Assembly: GCA_051362555.1 (NCBI GenBank)
Contig: CM120649.1
Location: 14,880,001 to 14,944,000, forward strand
Length of the DNA stretch: 64,000 bases
Direction of reading: 5' to 3'
Source: Lingula anatina
Taxonomy: Eukaryota > Animalia > Brachiopoda
Made by a program: the position numbers and the translations under genes. Shown here piece after piece: positions 62,914 through 64,000 of the stretch. The notes under the pieces are model-generated. The model did not search any database. It was given only the letters and a program-made list of their open reading frames with translations, and had not been told where the DNA came from. Within the stretch, counting starts at the first letter, position 1. Every line of letters begins with the position of its first letter.

Positions 62914-64000
62914 TTATTTTTCTATGGCGCATTCCATTAAAAATCTCAATGCGCCTTACAACATTCACTTAAAAGAGCTAAATAACACAATACTAGTATA
63001 AGAACACATTACAATTTTAAAGGACTAAGAACTAATTTAAAGAACCAATTATTTCATATTCTAAAATGATAAAAAACTAAAGTGGCAACATTTAAAATTA
63101 ATCATAAAATTACAGTACACCTTATTAAAAACTAAAATTAACTAAAATTACTGATAGGCTATTCTAAAGATATGAATCTTCAAAAGCTTTTTAAAAGTAT
63201 CTATGTCACCTACTGCTCGTATTTCAGAGGGTAAGGTGTTCCAAACTTTGGGTGCATATATCATAAATGCCTTTTCACCCTAAAATTTACCAGCTTTTTT
63301 CTCTAACACACTGTGTTCTAAAAGTAAATGACTAAAAGTTGAAGACCTGGTAACTCTTCCATGCTGATGTTGCTTCATAAGTTCTGAGATATAAAGTGGT
63401 TTATTTTCAGTGACTGCTTTAAAAATGACACATAATATTTTAAATAAAATTCTCTCTCTTACTGGAACAGGGGCGGATTTAGGCCGTCTTCTGGGTCTTC
63501 CGGAAGACGGTCAGATTTTCAAATTTACATTGACGGGTATCTATTTTTTTCTGTCGGAAGACAGTCAAAAATGAAGAATGAATCAAAAAAGATAATTTGG
63601 AAGACTGTTAAAAAATATCCGCCCCTGAATCCGCCCCTGTGGAAGCCAGTGAAGTTCCATCAAAACAGGTGTTATATGCTCTCGGCTGTTCCATCCCATT
63701 TTAGTTACCAGCCTAGCTGCAGAATTTTTAATTAATTGAAGTTTGTTCAGATGATTTTTGCCTAAACCATATAAGAGACTGTTGCAATAATCAAGCTTAG
63801 AAGTAATGAAAGCATGGACTAGTTTTTCACTTGAAGTTTTGTCCAGTAAGTCACGTATCTTACTAATTCGCCAAAGTGAGTATGATGCCGATTTGCAAAT
63901 TTCATAGATCCGTCTATCCATAATTGCATACTGATCAAAGGTGACACCCAAATCTTTCACATAGCTAGATGGATTGATGTTGACACCACCGATACAAATA
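62883..64000 (-). mobile_element. L2/CR1-group LINE 3' portion in intron 1 of copy B
   Basis: KDLGVTFD, LDYCNSLLYGL and HITPVLMELHWLP motifs; (ATT)n tail at 62883-62913. Confidence 0.88.
63468..63639. mobile_element. MITE with CAGGGGCGGAT termini and 5-bp TSD (hAT5-like), inserted in the LINE
   Basis: TGGAA|CAGGGGCGGATT...AATCCGCCCCTG|TGGAA. Removing it restores HWLP|VRERI. A degenerate relative lies at 47351-47506. Confidence 0.88.

Overview
AT-rich, intron-containing invertebrate animal DNA (species not identifiable from the sequence), not prokaryotic. From left to right: (1) the last exon of an aristaless/Arx-type paired-class homeobox gene (+, 960-1559); (2) a convergent, single-coding-exon HHxxxDG acyltransferase of the condensation-domain/AATase type (-, 4515-5954), with about 14 kb of 5' region holding candidate non-coding first exons and a repeated DR3-like nuclear-receptor motif; (3) two tandem minus-strand paralogues with the architecture signal peptide - C-type lectin domain - collagen-like (GPP-GTx)n - Thr-rich stalk - transmembrane helix - short tail, i.e. 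a type I membrane 'inverted collectin'. Copy B (48740 to beyond 62778) is intact as far as visible, while copy A (29174-33916) has two lesions. The paralogues are near-identical at the 3' end and flank but strongly diverged in the lectin exon. (4) A dense set of transposable elements: a Gypsy element with nested DNA elements, two LINEs, a Helentron-like HINE, Kolobok-, Harbinger-, CACTA- and hAT5-like non-autonomous elements, a foldback element and a SINE. Exon boundaries were read by hand from splice signals and phase. Identities are hand estimates, and no database search was possible.
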